This document shows, one piece after another, positions 25,235 to 38,984 of a stretch of DNA of 64,000 nucleotides. The number at the start of each line of letters is the position of its first letter. Position 1 is the stretch's first letter. Source of the stretch: Chiloscyllium plagiosum (taxonomy: Eukaryota); contig NC_057718.1 of assembly GCF_004010195.1 (NCBI RefSeq), positions 64,857,548 to 64,921,547 of the forward strand. Direction: 5' to 3'. The notes below the pieces were generated by a model that saw only the letters and a program-made list of their open reading frames with translations, searched no databases and was not told where the DNA came from. A program made the translations under genes and the position numbers.

Positions 25235-25620
25235 TGACTTCATGGTAATGTCATTATACCAATAATCGAGAGACTGAGGCCAATACTTTGGGGACATGGG
25301 TTCAAATTCCATTATATCAGCTGATGGAATTCAAATTCACTTAGTAATTTAAGAATTGAAAATTAGTCTCAGTAGTGGTGAGTGTGGAACATTATCAACT
25401 ATCATTAAAATCCATCTGGTTCACGTGACCTTTAGAGAAAGAAATCTGTTGTCCTTACTGAATCTGGCCGACATGTAACTCTAGACTCATAGTAATGTGA
25501 TTGACTCTTAACTGCCATCTGAATTGAACTAGCAAGTCATTCAGTTCAAGAGTAGTTAGGGATGGGCATTGAATGCTGACTTCCTGGTGACACCCACAAC
25601 CCATGAAAGACTTTTTCAAA
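25235..25620 (+). mobile_element. tRNA-derived SINE (family 2), degraded
   Basis: gggttcaaattcc; ccatctggttcac...gaaagaaatctg; gtgattgactcttaactgcc; LINE-like tail. Confidence 0.65.
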
Positions 25621-25965
25621 AATATACATTAGCATAAATAACATATTCTTATTCCAATAATATTTACACAAGAATCAAATGGTTTGGACAGCCACTAAAC
25701 AAAATCATTACCATCTATAAATGTAGTTCTGAATAAACTAAATGCTTCAGAATAGCACAAACTTTAGGATTAACTAAAAACCTGCATTAACCAAAATTGA
25801 TGACACAATCCTGCCCAGAAGATTAAATTAAAGTTCCAGACAGCAAATGAAACATTCTGGTTCACCATTGTCTATTTTACACAAACACATAACTTCAAAA
25901 TTACTCCAAGTTTAATGCATGAACTTAACTGAGCAATTCTAAAAACCACAAAAGGAACTACTCAC

Positions 25966-26068
25966 CAATTGGTGTCCTTGATGTGAATTCAGGGTCAAAG
26001 TGAAATGTATCCTCTGGTCTCCCTACAGCTGGTTTAAACGGTGGCTTAATTTCTTTCCTGTATAGCTT
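25966..26068 (-). CDS. RPS6KA2: RSK3 coding exon: AGC C-terminal tail [34 protein letters not shown](D)
   Basis: 103 bp; acceptor cacaacag, donor gtgagt; in frame with both neighbours; [12 protein letters not shown] is RSK3-like rather than RSK2-like (PATGRPEDTFYF). Confidence 0.96.
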
Positions 26069-26959
26069 CTGTTGTGAAAGTATACATTTCAGTGATGTAG
26101 AATTAAATAACACAAATTTAAATTTTCCTCAATCTTAGCGTACTAGTTAATGATTTAACATTAAATTTTGTCTTAAATATTTTAACATAGCTGCTACCTC
26201 ATTAAATGCATACTAACCACTGCAGTAAAATAACATATAGAGAAACCCAGTACAAAATTATTCTCCTCACTTTATCTTATGTTCAATATGTACTGTTTGT
26301 TGCAGAAAGTTAACTGGTACAGTAGCACAATGGAGTAAGATAACATCTGATACAATGCCATCATCATTATGATTTCTTCCATTTAACTAAATTAGCATAT
26401 CTGCACCATGAAAGGAACAAAACTTAAAAATAAACACAGTGGTATTGAAATATTAGCAGACTCTGTAGAGGATGAAATTATGGAAATTTTGAGGTGCTTT
26501 TACTTTCTATTTGGGGTGTGACTACACTGCAACACTCTCCCTTTTCTTAGAACATAGTTCAATTCTGTAATATGCAGATCTAATCTAAACTTTTTTTTAT
26601 TGTTTCTATCAGTTGCAACAGTTTAGTACTTAATTTGCTTTAATTTTCAAAGGATTTTCTTGTTATAGTATCCTAAATGTAAGACCAAAACTGAGATATT
26701 GATCAAATGACAGAATTTAATAATGTCCTTATTTAGATTGTACTCCTATTAAGATATCTATTTATTGGAGATGTGCCTGACCACAAGAATGGTATAGTAT
26801 TGTGCTATTCTTGCTTTAAATGTGCCTCTGACAAATGTATGGAATTCTAAGTTTTCTTCCAGTTTATTTTGCTTTTAAAGCTTTCTTTTATCAATAGAAA
26901 AAGCTGCTTACATTCATTTTTGTGGAAGTTGCTCTATCAGCCAACAGCTTTGACCATGT

Positions 26960-27830
26960 TCCCCAAGCATTTTTTGCCATGATTTTTTAGACACTGAGCT
27001 CTAGACATCATTACAGCCTTGGTCCAAACATGTACAGAACACTTAAGTTCTGTGAGATAAAAAGAACTGTCTTTGCAATTAAAACATTTGACCAGATTTG
27101 ACATCAAAGAACCCACTGGAAATCGGAGTCAAATCTTCCACTGGTGTCCTACATCGAACAAAGGAAAATATTTCTGCTTTTTATCTCAGCCCTAGGACAT
27201 TGCTGCAGGAGCTCATCAGGGCTGATTTTTCCTCCCAATTACCTTTATTGTGTCAGCAGTAAACTTCTGTCCATCGTAAGGTCAGAAGATGGGATGTTTG
27301 CCAATGACTGCAGTGTTATATTTGCAATTCTTTCAGATCTGATAACCTCCTGTACCCGCACTGAAGAAGGCTTGGATGACACTCAGGTTTGGGTTGTAAA
27401 GTAGTAAGTAAAATTTGGATCATGTAAGTATCACACATAACAATCTCCACCAAGACAGAATCTAATCACTTCTTACTGATATTCAAAGGAATTAGAACTG
27501 CACAATAGATAATCATCAACATCCTGAACGTAATCATTGATGGGAAATTTAACTGAACCAGACACATAAATACATCATTACAGGAAGAGGTCAGAGGTAT
27601 TCTGCAGCCACTGGAATAATTTCTGCGATATAAATTAAGAATGTAGAAGAATACTTTAGAATTTCCCAAACGAATGCTGCTTCACCATTTAAAAAGCTCA
27701 GAACTAGCCTAATTGATTGGCACCCCATCCACCATTCATTCTCTTTGCCACTGGGATACCAATTGGGCTGTTGTATCAATTGTAAGATGCACCGCAGCAC
27801 ATCACCTAGGCTATACCAAGGCTAGCTCTA
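26960..27830 (+). mobile_element. Highly degraded CR1-group LINE RT fragment
   Basis: SIVRSEDGMFANDC and cattacagccttggtccaaacatg resemble 1650-2100 of the LINE at 1-2846. Confidence 0.6.
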
Positions 27831-28859
27831 TAGCTCCTGCCTAAATTAATCAATTTCTTGTATTACTCTCTATTTGACAATTCTTTGCTAATTCTGCTAG
27901 CCTATCTATGCCTTGTTGTAGTCAACTGGTATTATTGTAAGTAATTGTCCCATATGGCATTATCAGCAAATTTTGAAATTTACTTTATTCTATCCAAGTC
28001 ATTCACTGAAATATTTAGGGGTCTGAGCAATGTGGGCTACAGCAAGATTTGTGTCAGAATTGGATGAAAAACCTGGTAAGACCCACCTTGACATTGAAAG
28101 TAACTCATGCCATTTTTATGCTTGTCATAAGCAGCTTGATGAGTTTCTCAATAGGCAGTGGCTGGTGCCAGGTAAAGGAGTTTAGGGATTATTGCTTGTT
28201 AAATGCCTCATTTTCCACACAATTTGCCTCATTGAAATTCAGTTTCCTATCTAACTAAACCTGCAAATGAGCTAAATCTGAGAAAATGCATCATGAAAAA
28301 CAGAATGGGTGTCTGGCAAATTCAGATCACTGCTTGTAAGTAAAATTTATAACATACAAGTATTACACAACAACAATCTTCAACAAGACAGAGTCTAATC
28401 ACCTCCTATTTGGACTTGGGCACCAACATCTCAGAGTGCTCCATGAGCAACCAGGCACTGCTCCCCATGTCCATGCACATTGGCATCCAATATGTGCCAG
28501 ACTCTAAAAAGCTTTATGGCACATCTCAATCCACTTCCCAGAAGCTGTTGAACTTCAATGCTGCATGTCTCTATCTCTGCTGCAGTGGTAATTACAGCAG
28601 GGACACCTTGTGCTCAGGAACAGACACCAGCTGATAGACTGGACCAGGCTGCATCTACATGCTCTTTGTTCACGTCATGCACTCACTCACTCTGAACTTA
28701 CCTGGATACTTACAGTATCTCCGCCGTGTGTGGCGTGCCTTGCATTTGTATGCTTTGCCTCCCTCAGCCAGAGATACTAGCTTGTATTACTTCTGTCTTG
28801 CTTTGCCAATTACCATAAACACAAAGATAGTTTGCTTGACATGATAGTCAGCAGAACTT

Positions 28860-30378
28860 AGAGTCATAGAGTCATAGAGATATACAGCATGGAAACAGAC
28901 CCTTCAGTCTAATCCGTCCACGCCGACCAGATATCCCAACCCAATCTAGTCCCACCTGCCAGCACCCGGCCCATATCCCTCCAAACCCTTCCTATTCATA
29001 TACCAATCCAAATGCCTCTTCAATGTTGCAATTGTATCAGCCTCCACCACATCCTCTGGCAGCTCATTCCATACACGTACCACCCTCTGTGTGAAACAGT
29101 TGCCCCTTAGGTCTCTTTTATATCTTTCCCCTCTCACCCTAAATCTATGCCCTCTAGTTCTGGACTCCCCAACCCCAGCGAAAATACTTTGTCTATTTAT
29201 CCTATTCATGCTCCTCATAATTTTGTAAACCCCTATAAGGTCACCCCTCAGCCTCCGATGCTCCAGGGAAAACAGCCCNNNNNNNNNNNNNNNNNNNNNN
29301 NNNNNNNNNNNNNNNNNNNNNNNNNNNNNNNNNNNNNNNNNNNNNNNNNNNNNNNNNNNNNNNNNNNNNNNNNNNNNNNNNNNNNNNNNNNNNNNNNNNN
29401 NNNNNNNNNNNNNNNNNNNNNNNNNNNNNNNNNNNNNNNNNNNNNNNNNNNNNNNNNNNNNNNNNNNNNNNNNNNNNNNNNNNNNNNNNNNNNNNNNNNN
29501 NNNNNNNNNNNNNNNNNNNNNNNNNNNNNNNNNNNNNNNNNNNNNNNNNNNNNNNNNNNNNNNNNNNNNNNNNNNNNNNNNNNNNNNNNNNNNNNNNNNN
29601 NNNNNNNNNNNNNNNNNNNNNNNNNNNNNNNNNNNNNNNNNNNNNNNNNNNNNNNNNNNNNNNNNNNNNNNNNNNNNNNNNNNNNNNNNNNNNNNNNNNN
29701 NNNNNNNNNNNNNNNNNNNNNNNNNNNNNNNNNNNNNNNNNNNNNNNNNNNNNNNNNNNNNNNNNNNNNNNNNNNNNNNNNNNNNNNNNNNNNNNNNNNN
29801 NNNNNNNNNNNNNNNNNNNNNNNNNNNNNNNNNNNNNNNNNNNNNNNNNNNNNNNNNNNNNNNNNNNNNNNNNNNNNNNNNNNNNNNNNNNNNNNNNNNN
29901 NNNNNNNNNNNNNNNNNNNNNNNNNNNNNNNNNNNNNNNNNNNNNNNNNNNNNNNNNNNNNNNNNNNNNNNNNNNNNNNNNNNNNNNNNNNNNNNNNNNN
30001 NNNNNNNNNNNNNNNNNNNNNNNNNNNNNNNNNNNNNNNNNNNNNNNNNNNNNNNNNNNNNNNNNNNNNNNNNNNNNNTGCCAACCTCCAGTCTTCCAGC
30101 ACCTCCCCTGTGACTATCGATGATACAAATATCTCAGCAAGAGGCCCAGCAATCACTTCTCTAGCTTCCCACAGAGTTCTCGGGTACACCTGATCAGGTC
30201 CTGGGGATTTATCCACCTTTCAAGACATCCACCCTTTCAAGAGAACCAGCACTGCCTCCTCTGTAATCTGGACATGTTGCAAGATGTCACCATCTATTTC
30301 CCTACAGTCTATATCTTCCATGTCCTTTTCCACAGTAAATACTGATGCAAAATATTCATTTAGTATCTCCCCCATTTT
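28860..30378 (-). mobile_element. Young CR1 LINE (HER1-like), spanning an assembly gap
   Basis: DKSPGPDQVYPRTLWEAREVIAGPLAEIF; ESRTRGHRFRVRGERYKRDLRGNCFTQRVVRVWNELPE; (AGAGTCAT)n tail. Confidence 0.92.
29279..30078. other. Assembly gap (800 N)
   Basis: Run of N inside the CR1 copy. Confidence 1.
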
Positions 30379-30499
30379 CTACTTCAGTTAGTCAAGTGAG
30401 AAAGTCTGGAATTGGGGGTCCATGACAGTAAGTCAGGGGCAGACTCCAATATCAGACAAGGGACTTGGACACAATCAATCAGTTACTTGGGACAGCCAC

Positions 30500-31100
30500 A
30501 GTCCACAAAAGAGTGTGGAGTCAAATGTCAACTACCGATCAATAGTCTTTCCAGCTCTGTTTGGAATTTCTTTCCTCCTGGAATGAGAAAGAGACAGGTA
30601 TTAAGGGCGATGAAGTGCATGGCACAGTTGTTATTGTTAGTGCAGGTGGGGAGGAGTCCTCACTGAGTCAGTAGGCAGTGCAGAGAGCATGCAGGATTAG
30701 TGGTGTGCAGAGTTTAGGGTAGGTGATGGTGAGTAAGGGAAGATGTTGCAGGATGTTGTGAGATTAGTATAACATGGGAAATTGGTACACTAGCAGAGAT
30801 AAAGAGTATGTGAGTCATTAGAGAGAAGGTGGTGGCACTTGCACTGGCAGAACTGAGAATGTCCCTGACTGTGTCGGGCATTTTTTTCAGATGGCAAAGA
30901 GTGCTTTAACATGGGTAACCTCAGACCAAGCCAGCATGTTCACGGTCCAAAGTTGTGGCCTCTGTTGCTGCTTCTGGGGGAAGATGAAGTTTTACCTCTG
31001 TGTCAGCCTGTCCAGTAATATCTCCATGACCTTGTCCACAAAGCAAGGTGATGATTACCCTCCATTTGCTATGTCTGGGACAAAAGTCAGAAAACTTGCA
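30500..31100 (-). mobile_element. Harbinger Myb/SANT-like domain fossil
   Basis: Minus strand SPCFVDKVMEILLDRLTQR*NFIFPQ...LAWSEVT..., resembling the F-x-x-x-E-x-E-x-L...AW-x-x-V Myb/SANT-like pattern. Confidence 0.55.
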
Positions 31101-31889
31101 GGACAGCTCCAGACTGGCTGTCTGGGTGCATAATGGGCTTTTAAAGAATGTACAGGTGCAAGGAATATGAGCGAATTCTGGGATATCCACCGAGTGACAA
31201 GTTTTTGTGGGAACAGTGAGTGGTATGATGGCGCTGGGATCAGGTATGGGTGATACCATATAGGCAGGGTAGGTAGTTAACGAGGTGAGTTTGGCAAGAA
31301 TAGACGAGAAGCCTTGCTCGGCCTCACAGTGGATATCCCTCAGAAAAACTCAATGCAACTTGGACATAGTCACAAAACCATAATATCTAGCCCATTTTAT
31401 ATATATATATATTACTAAGCTTTGGAGAACATCACCAGTGTTCTCCAGTCTGAAAAATCTGTCCTTGAGCCAATTTTTATTCTGAGTTGAAACTGACATT
31501 CATATTCTAAAGTTAACTAGACTTTATGTGATACTTTGTCAAACATTTTTCTAGAATCCATATAGATAATAGCATTCTCTTCATCACTCTTCTGTGTTAT
31601 TTTATCACAAAAATCCAATTAGATTTGTTAAACACAATCTAGCTGTTACAAATCCATGCTGGCTCTCGTTAATTAATTCAAATCAAGCTAAGTCTGTGCC
31701 CATGTATTTCCCCTGATTATTGTTTCTAAAAATACTTTCCCCACTATGCTAAACTGAGCAGCCTGTAATTGCTAGCAACGTTCTTATATTCTTTCTTAAA
31801 TAAGGGTGTCACATTTGCCACTTTTAAATCCTCTGGCACCTCCTCATGGGAAGATTACAAAATTATGGCAAACATTAAAATTAATACAG

Positions 31890-32815
31890 AATAGAACCAT
31901 AACCTGTGCAGTATTCAGCAACTTCAGCTAATTCATACATGGAATGAATCAAATTAGCTAAAGACTGGTATCTGTGATCCTGTGGAGCTCAGAGGGAGGC
32001 TGAGGAGGATCACCAACATGCCCCTTCTGGTTATAGTTGGTAATAAATGTTTTAGCCTTGTCTTTTGCACTGATGTGCTGGGCTCCCACATCATTGAGGC
32101 TGTAGGTACTTATGGAGTTCCTTTCTCCATTGAGCTGTTAATTGTTTATTATCATTAGTGACTGGATTGGACAGAATTGAGAAGCTCTGATATTATCTGT
32201 TGGTTTTGAAAGTCACTTAGCCCTACGTTACCTCCACTGCCAGGAATGCAAGTAGTCCTGTGTTGTGCTTTAACATATTGACATTTCACGTTTAGTCCGG
32301 CCTGATGTTGCTCCTGGATTGCTCTTCTACAGCACTCTTCATGGATCCAGGATTGATTCCCTTAGCTGATGGAAATGATAGTGTAGGACATGCTGGGTGA
32401 TTAGGTTTCAGATATTAATTGAATACAATTCTGCTGCTGATTGTGTCCAGTGCCTCATGGATGCCAAATTTTGAGGTGCTCAATTTGTTCAAAATCTACC
32501 CATTTTGCATGTTGACAGTGCTAACCAACAGGATGGAGATGAAGACAGACTTAATCTCTGCAAGGATTGAGTGGTGCTCAGTTCTACCAATAACATTAAG
32601 TACAGATGAATCTGTGACCAGTGAGGATAAGATCGATTTTTTTCCCTCATCTGCTACAGGACCAATCTGCCAGATGTGGCCTTCAGGATTTGGCCAATTC
32701 AGTCAATGGTGGTGCTAACACACCACTCTTAGTCATGGACATCGAAGATGTTCCCCCAGCATATTCAGCGCCCTTTCCACCTTCAATGCTTTTGAGTCTT
32801 GGAGTGTTTATTATT
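31890..32815 (-). mobile_element. Degraded CR1-group LINE (APE region)
   Basis: Reverse-complement similarity to ~450-1400 of the LINE at 1-2846 (e.g. cttgtcttttgcactgatgtgctgggctccc). Confidence 0.55.
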
Positions 32816-33499
32816 TGTTCATGACACATGGACATCATATGCCAGCATTTATTACCGACCCCTAATTGCCTATAGGGCAATAAGACTCAACCTGGCTGTG
32901 GATATGGAGTCATATGTAAGCCAGTCCCTTCCCTAAATGGCATTAGTGAATGAGATGGGTTTTCATGTCAATAGTTACACAATTGCCAGTAGGCTAGCTT
33001 TTAATTTCAAATTTCTTTGAATTAAAATTTCACTATCTACCATCGTGGAATTTGAACTATGAAATGGCTAGTTTATTTAGCCAGTGCAGAAAGGATGGGC
33101 TGAGTAGCCTGTTTCACCTCCTGACTCCCCAAAACCTGTTTACCATCGATAAGGTATAAGTTAGGAGTGTGGTGGAATACTCTCCACTTGTCTGGATAAG
33201 TGCAGTTCCAACCACACTCAGCTCATCCAGCCTATTCCAGTGATGTTACAGCTATGTCACCATGCACTGTTGTTCAATATGAAAGAGTAATGATTCATCA
33301 ACTGGGGGAGGGCGATTGATCAGATTGGTAATCAGGTTTTCTCCTTGCCCATGTTTGACATGATGCTAAGTGACTTCATGATGTTCAAAAGCAATGTTGA
33401 GGACTCCAGGGCAATTTCTTCCTGACTATTAATCACTGTGCCACCACTTCTGGTCGGCTTTGTTGTTGTTGCACTGAAAATACTAAAGGTGAACTGATA

Positions 33500-33828
33500 A
33501 GATTAGATTAGATTAGATTACTTACAGTGTGGAAACAGGCCCTTCGGCCCAACAAGTCCACACCGACCCGCCGAAGCGTAACCCACCCAGACCCATTCCC
33601 CTACATTTACCCCTTCACCTAACACTACGGGCAATTTAGAATGGCCAGTTCACCTAACCTGCACATTTTTGGATTGTGGGAGGAAACCGGAGTACCCGGA
33701 GGAAACCCACACAGACACGGGGAGAACGTGCAAACTCCACACAGTCAGTCGCCTGAGGCGGGAATTGAACCCGGGTCTCTGGCACTGTGAGGCAGCAGTG
33801 CTAACCACTGTGCCACCGTGCCGCCCAC
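33500..33828 (-). mobile_element. Young full-length V-SINE (HE1-like)
   Basis: CpG-rich, intact head (gggcggcacggtggcacagtggttagcac on minus) and (GATTA)n tail. Confidence 0.95.
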
Positions 33829-34589
33829 AAAGCCCCCACTGAAAATATTTCATATGTAAATAATCACTTAGAATACTAATAATGAGTACTAATACTTACA
33901 TAGTACAAAAATTGAGCTTATAAAATATTACTGGAAGCACTGACAGTGTGCATTTAAAATAGTACTAGGATTATCATACAAAATTGAACTTGGCATGTAT
34001 GCAAAATACACATGTTTTTCAAAATTTTGCAACTGAGTGCCAGCTAAGTTGTTACTTTTCTCATAATTATCTTTACACTTGATTTTTGAAGCAGATTTCA
34101 TGGAAGTAATCTTAACTGTTGATGTTAAGTGACTGTTTCAACCCATCAGTTACCAATGGATTCAAATTGGTGGCTTTTCAGTTATTGAAACCATTCTAGG
34201 GAAACCTCAAAAAAACAGCAGGTAGAAAAGCCAATGCAACTTTGTGCTACTGACAAGGGAACTTTACATAAAAAAAAACTAAAAATCTGCAAATGCTGGA
34301 AATCAGAAACAAAAACAGAAATTGCTGGTAAAGCTATGCAGATCTGGCAGCACCTGTGGAGAGAAATCAGAATTAATGCTTTGGGTCCAGTGACCCTTGC
34401 TTAGAACTGATAGTAGCTAGGAAATTGTTGGGTTTTATGCAGAAGATTGGGTTGGGGGAAGGGCTAAAGAGTAAACGATAGGTGAAACTTTATGTCACTG
34501 ATTGCAAAGAGGTTGATTAGCAGCAGAGACTCATGTTCGTTAACAAGAAGTCATACTAACAGTTTAAAAATTCAAACTACTGAATTTCA

Positions 34590-34736
<147 letters not shown>

Positions 34737-35174
34737 TCACTGCTTTATAAAGATCAATGAATCTGATCTATAATTGTGCACAGTGCACCAAATGGAATGT
34801 GTACCCTCGGTTCTATTGATTATGCAATCATGAGATAAGTTGAGAGTGACTGCTTTTGACATCACAGTGACGTTTGACCAAGTGTAGCATCAAGGAGCCT
34901 GAGCTAAAATCTCTGTATTTTCTAAAAAGGAAGATGATTGTGGTTACTGCAGGTCAATCGTTTCCATTGGTAGGTATCACTGCAGAATTCCCTTCAGGTA
35001 ATGGTCTAGGCCTAATCATTTTCAGTTGCTTCATCCACCTTCCCTTCAGCATGAAATCAAAATAAGCAGTTTGTTGATGATTGCACCATTATTTAATTTG
35101 TGACTCCTCAGATTCTGAAATAATCCATAACCAAATGCAACAAATCCTGGACAACTTTAAGGCTTGAGTTGATA

Positions 35175-36372
35175 GTTGGAACAGTTCATCCACTTCACCA
35201 ACACCTTCCACCCCGACCTCAAATTCACCTGGACAGTCTCAGATTCCTCCCTCCCCTTCCTCGACCTTTCTATTTCTATCTCAGGCGACCGAATCAACAC
35301 GGACATCTACTACAAACCGACCGACTCCCACAGCTACCTGGACTACACCTCCTCCCATCTCTTCCACTTCCCGCTCCTCCGCCCTTGAGCCCCGCCCCTC
35401 AAACCGCCACCAGGACAGAACCCCACTGGTCCTCACCTACCACCCCACCAATCTCCATGTATAGATCATCATCCGCCGTCATTTCCGCCACCTCCAAACT
35501 GACCCCACCACCAAGGATATATTTCCCTCCCCTCCCCCATCAGTCCTCCATAAAGACCACTCCCTCCGTGACTCCCTCGTCAGATCCACACCCCCCACCA
35601 ACCCAACCTCCACTCCCGGCACCTTCCCCTGCAACCGCAGGAGGTGCAAGACTTGCGCCCACACCTCCCCCCTCACCTCCCTCCAAGGCCCCAAAGGAAA
35701 CTTCCATACCCGCCACAGATTCACCTGCACCTCCACACACATCATCTACTGCATCCTCTGCACCCGATGTGGCCTCCTCTATATTGGGGAGACAGGCCGG
35801 CTACTTGCGGAGCGCTTCAGAGAACACCTCTGGGACACCCGGACCAACCAACCCAACCACAACCAACTCAACATTTCAATTCCCCCTCCCACTCCACTGA
35901 GGATATGCAGGTCTTTGGACTCCTCCATCGCCAGACCACAACAACACGATGGTTGGAGGAAGAGCGCCTCATCTTCCGCCTAGGAATCCTCCAACCACAA
36001 GGGATGAACTCGGGTTTCACCAGTTTCCTCATTTCCCCTCCCCCCCCCTTGTCTCCGTCAAATCCATCGAATTCAGCACCGCCTTCCTAACCTGCAATCT
36101 TCTTCCCGACCTCTCCGCCCCCGCCCCAGTCTGACCTATCACCCTCACCTTGACCTCTTTCCACCTATCGCATTTCCGACGCCCCTCCCCCAAGTCCCTC
36201 CTCCCTAACTTTTATCTTAGCCTGCTGGACAAACTTTCCTCATTCCTGAAGAAGGGCTTATGCCCGAAACGTCGATTCTCCTGTTCCCTGGATGCTGCCT
36301 GACCTGCTGCACTTTTCCAGCAACACATTTTCAGCTCTGATCTCCAGCGTCTGCAGACCTCACTTTCTCCTC
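35175..36372 (+). mobile_element. Young 5'-truncated Penelope-like element (RT thumb + GIY-YIG + terminal repeat) inserted in an old CR1-group LINE (~34830-36585)
   Basis: EQFIHFTNTFHPDLKFTW...LPFLDLSI...DIYYKPTDSHSYLDYTSSH; CTRCGLLYIGETGR; WLEEERLIFRLGILQPQG; CpG-rich. Confidence 0.92.
36241..36280 (+). ncRNA. Minimal type-I hammerhead ribozyme motif (PLE family A)
   Basis: cauuc-CUGAAGA-a-GGGC uuau GCCC-GAAAC-GUC-gauuc. Confidence 0.7.
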
Positions 36373-36599
36373 AACTAACATTTGTGCCTCACGAAGGCAA
36401 AAAACGACCTTCTCCAACAAAAGAGAATCTAACCATCTTATCTTGATATTTAATGACATTACCATCATTGAATTCCCCACTAATAATATGCTGAATGTTT
36501 CCTTTGATACAAAACTGAACTGTATCAGTCATATAAATACTTTGGCTAGCACAGCAGATCAGAGGCAGGGATTTGCAGAACCACAAAAATTGGCTGGGT

Positions 36600-37550
36600 A
36601 GCTGACGGTGGAGAGAATGGCTGTCGACAGCAGGGCAATATCAATGTTTTGGTTGAGTTTGCAGCAAAGTGGCAAATAGAATTCAATCTAGAGAAGTGTG
36701 AGGTTATACATTTGGGGAGGTCTAGAAAAATAAAGGAATATTCAATAAATGGGAGAGTTTTGAGAATGGTAGAGGAAGCGAGTAACCTTGGAGTACATGG
36801 CTTCAGGTTCCTAAGAACAGGTAGATAAGGTGGTAAAGAAGGTATATGGGATATTTTCTTTCTTTGGTAACATATTGAACATAAGAGTTAGAATGCAATG
36901 GCGAAACTATATAAAATATTGTTTTGGCCACAGCTGCTGGAAACTGAGAATAGAATGAGCGGCTAGTTTATTCAGCAAGTACAGACATGATGGGCTGAAT
37001 GGCCTCTTTCACCTCCTGATTCCTCAAAACCTTTTCACCATCTACGAGGTAAAAATGAGGGGTGTGATGCCATGCTCTCCACTTGCCTTGATAGTGCAGC
37101 TCCAACCATGCTCAGCTCATCTAACCCAATTGATTGGTACTCATTCACCATCTTAAAAATTCATTCTCTTCATAGCTGATACACAGTGGCAGCAGTATGA
37201 ACCATCTCCAAGAGGTACTGCATCAACTCTCAAAGGCTCCTTCATCAGTTTCCTAAACACACAATCTTTAGAAGTGTGAGTGATACAGAAACAATGAGAA
37301 CACTATGACCTGCAAGTTCTCCAAAGGCATTATCCTGACTTGAAAAATATTAACATTCCTTCACTACTGCTTGGTTGAAATCCTGGGCCTCCCTTCCTGA
37401 CAGTACTCTGGCTGCATGTACACTTCATGGGACTGCATTGGTTCAAGAAGGTGACTCACCGTCATCTTCTCCAGTCAATGTAGCATCAACCAACAAATGT
37501 TGACCCAGCCAGTGATGCTCACAACCTGTGAATGAATAAATGAAAAAAAT
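36600..37550 (+). mobile_element. Degraded CR1 fragment followed by the 3' end of the CR1-group LINE
   Basis: KWQIEFNLEKCEVIHLGRS motif; ends ctgtgaatgaataaatgaaaaaaa. Confidence 0.65.
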
Positions 37551-38039
37551 GATTTGACCCAGATCTTCCAGTGGGAAGATGTCATTGTGGACCAAGTATA
37601 GAAAACGCAATGTAGTTGGCTCCTTCAGAATTGCTTGGAAAATTGAAATTCTGATGTAACTCAGCATCTAAAATGGTCTGAAAAAGTTGAGTGTCTGACT
37701 GACTTAGCTTAATTATCATCCAAAAAGTTAGAGAAATCAAACCTGCTTTAAACTGAGTAACAATGGGTCCAATCTTATGATATTTTAGCTCATTCTGAGT
37801 TGTGGTTTGGAGGTATTTCTACCGCAAGGTCTAGTGAATTTTCTGAATGATTTTTACTGAATTCACCTCCCCTCCCACTATGATGTCCATCCAGAAGAAC
37901 TGGCCTCTCAGTAGACTTTATTTGAAAGACTGACATCCTTTGGCATCCATCTTTAAAAGGCCATTGTGCACTGGCGGACAAGCACTGGCATTGCAAAGTT
38001 GCCCAGCTCATTGACAGACAGATTCTGATGATGTCTGAG

Positions 38040-38575
38040 AATAGGAAGATGGCACTGTAATTCTTCAACAAGGGCCTGGAAGTCCTTATGGAAGTTGTGG
38101 CAAAGTAGGTTATACCACCAGACAGTGCCAGCTTGGTTCAAGGTTGGCACCAAGTCAGTACTTGTAGCAGTGATGCAAGAAGGTGAAATATCATTCTTCA
38201 CTGCGCCAGTGTATGTGGCATATTCTTACTTCTGCTACCTTACTCTCACCCCTAAATCTCTGCTACCGCATCCACCTCCTCCCAAGCCTCATTCCATGGT
38301 ACTCTCACTACTGCCTGTAATATTTTCACTCGTTCTCAATACCACAACCTCCCACACCACCACCTTTGCATGCCTTTGCCTGCCTTCTCACTATGTTGGA
38401 ACACCGCACCAACTTTCTTCCAGCTTCATCCGCAGGATGCATCCAATGTTTTCTCACTCAATCCCACCCTTTCTCTCATTGGAGAAGAGAATAGCCCATA
38501 ACAGAGCAGTAGGATGGGGCTGGTGCCGGATATTAGGCTCCTCACAATGCACCATGGATACATGTTTGTGGTGAG
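38040..38575 (+). mobile_element. Harbinger Myb/SANT-like fossil
   Basis: FFNKGLEVLME...HQTVPAWFKVGTK...CKKV; downstream EKRIAHNRAV...VPDIRLLT. Confidence 0.5.
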
Positions 38576-38587
38576 GGCCTCCAGTTT

Positions 38588-38912
38588 CATAGAATCCCTA
38601 CCATGTGGGAACAGGCCCTTCGGTCCAACAAGTCCGCATCAACCCTCTGAAGAGTAACCCACCCAGACCCATTCCCCTAGCCTATTATTCTACATTTAAT
38701 CCTGACTAATGCACCTAAGCTACACATCCCTGAACGCTATGGGTAATTTAGCATGGCCAATTCACCTAACCTGCACATTTTTGGATTGTGGGAGGAAACC
38801 AGAGCACCCAGAGGGAACCCATGCAGACACGGGGAGAATGTGCAAACTCGACCAGACAGTTGCCCGAAGTTGGAATCGAACCCAGGTACCTGGCACTGAG
38901 CCACCATGCCAC
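38588..38912 (-). mobile_element. V-SINE (HE1-like)
   Basis: catagaatccctac tail; core gcagacacggggagaatgtgcaaact. Confidence 0.88.
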
Positions 38913-38984
38913 CCTATTCATCTGGCAGCAAAGGAACAAGGCATGTATAGAGCTATAGAAGCTGCTGACACTTTTAGCACTCAT

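Noticed and set aside
29147..30216. 348- and 322-aa ORFs
   Set aside because: Artefacts of reading through 800 N; the flanks are CR1 sequence.
33760..33828. tRNA-like A/B boxes (also in other copies)
   Set aside because: These are SINE heads followed by a SINE core and tail, not tRNA genes.
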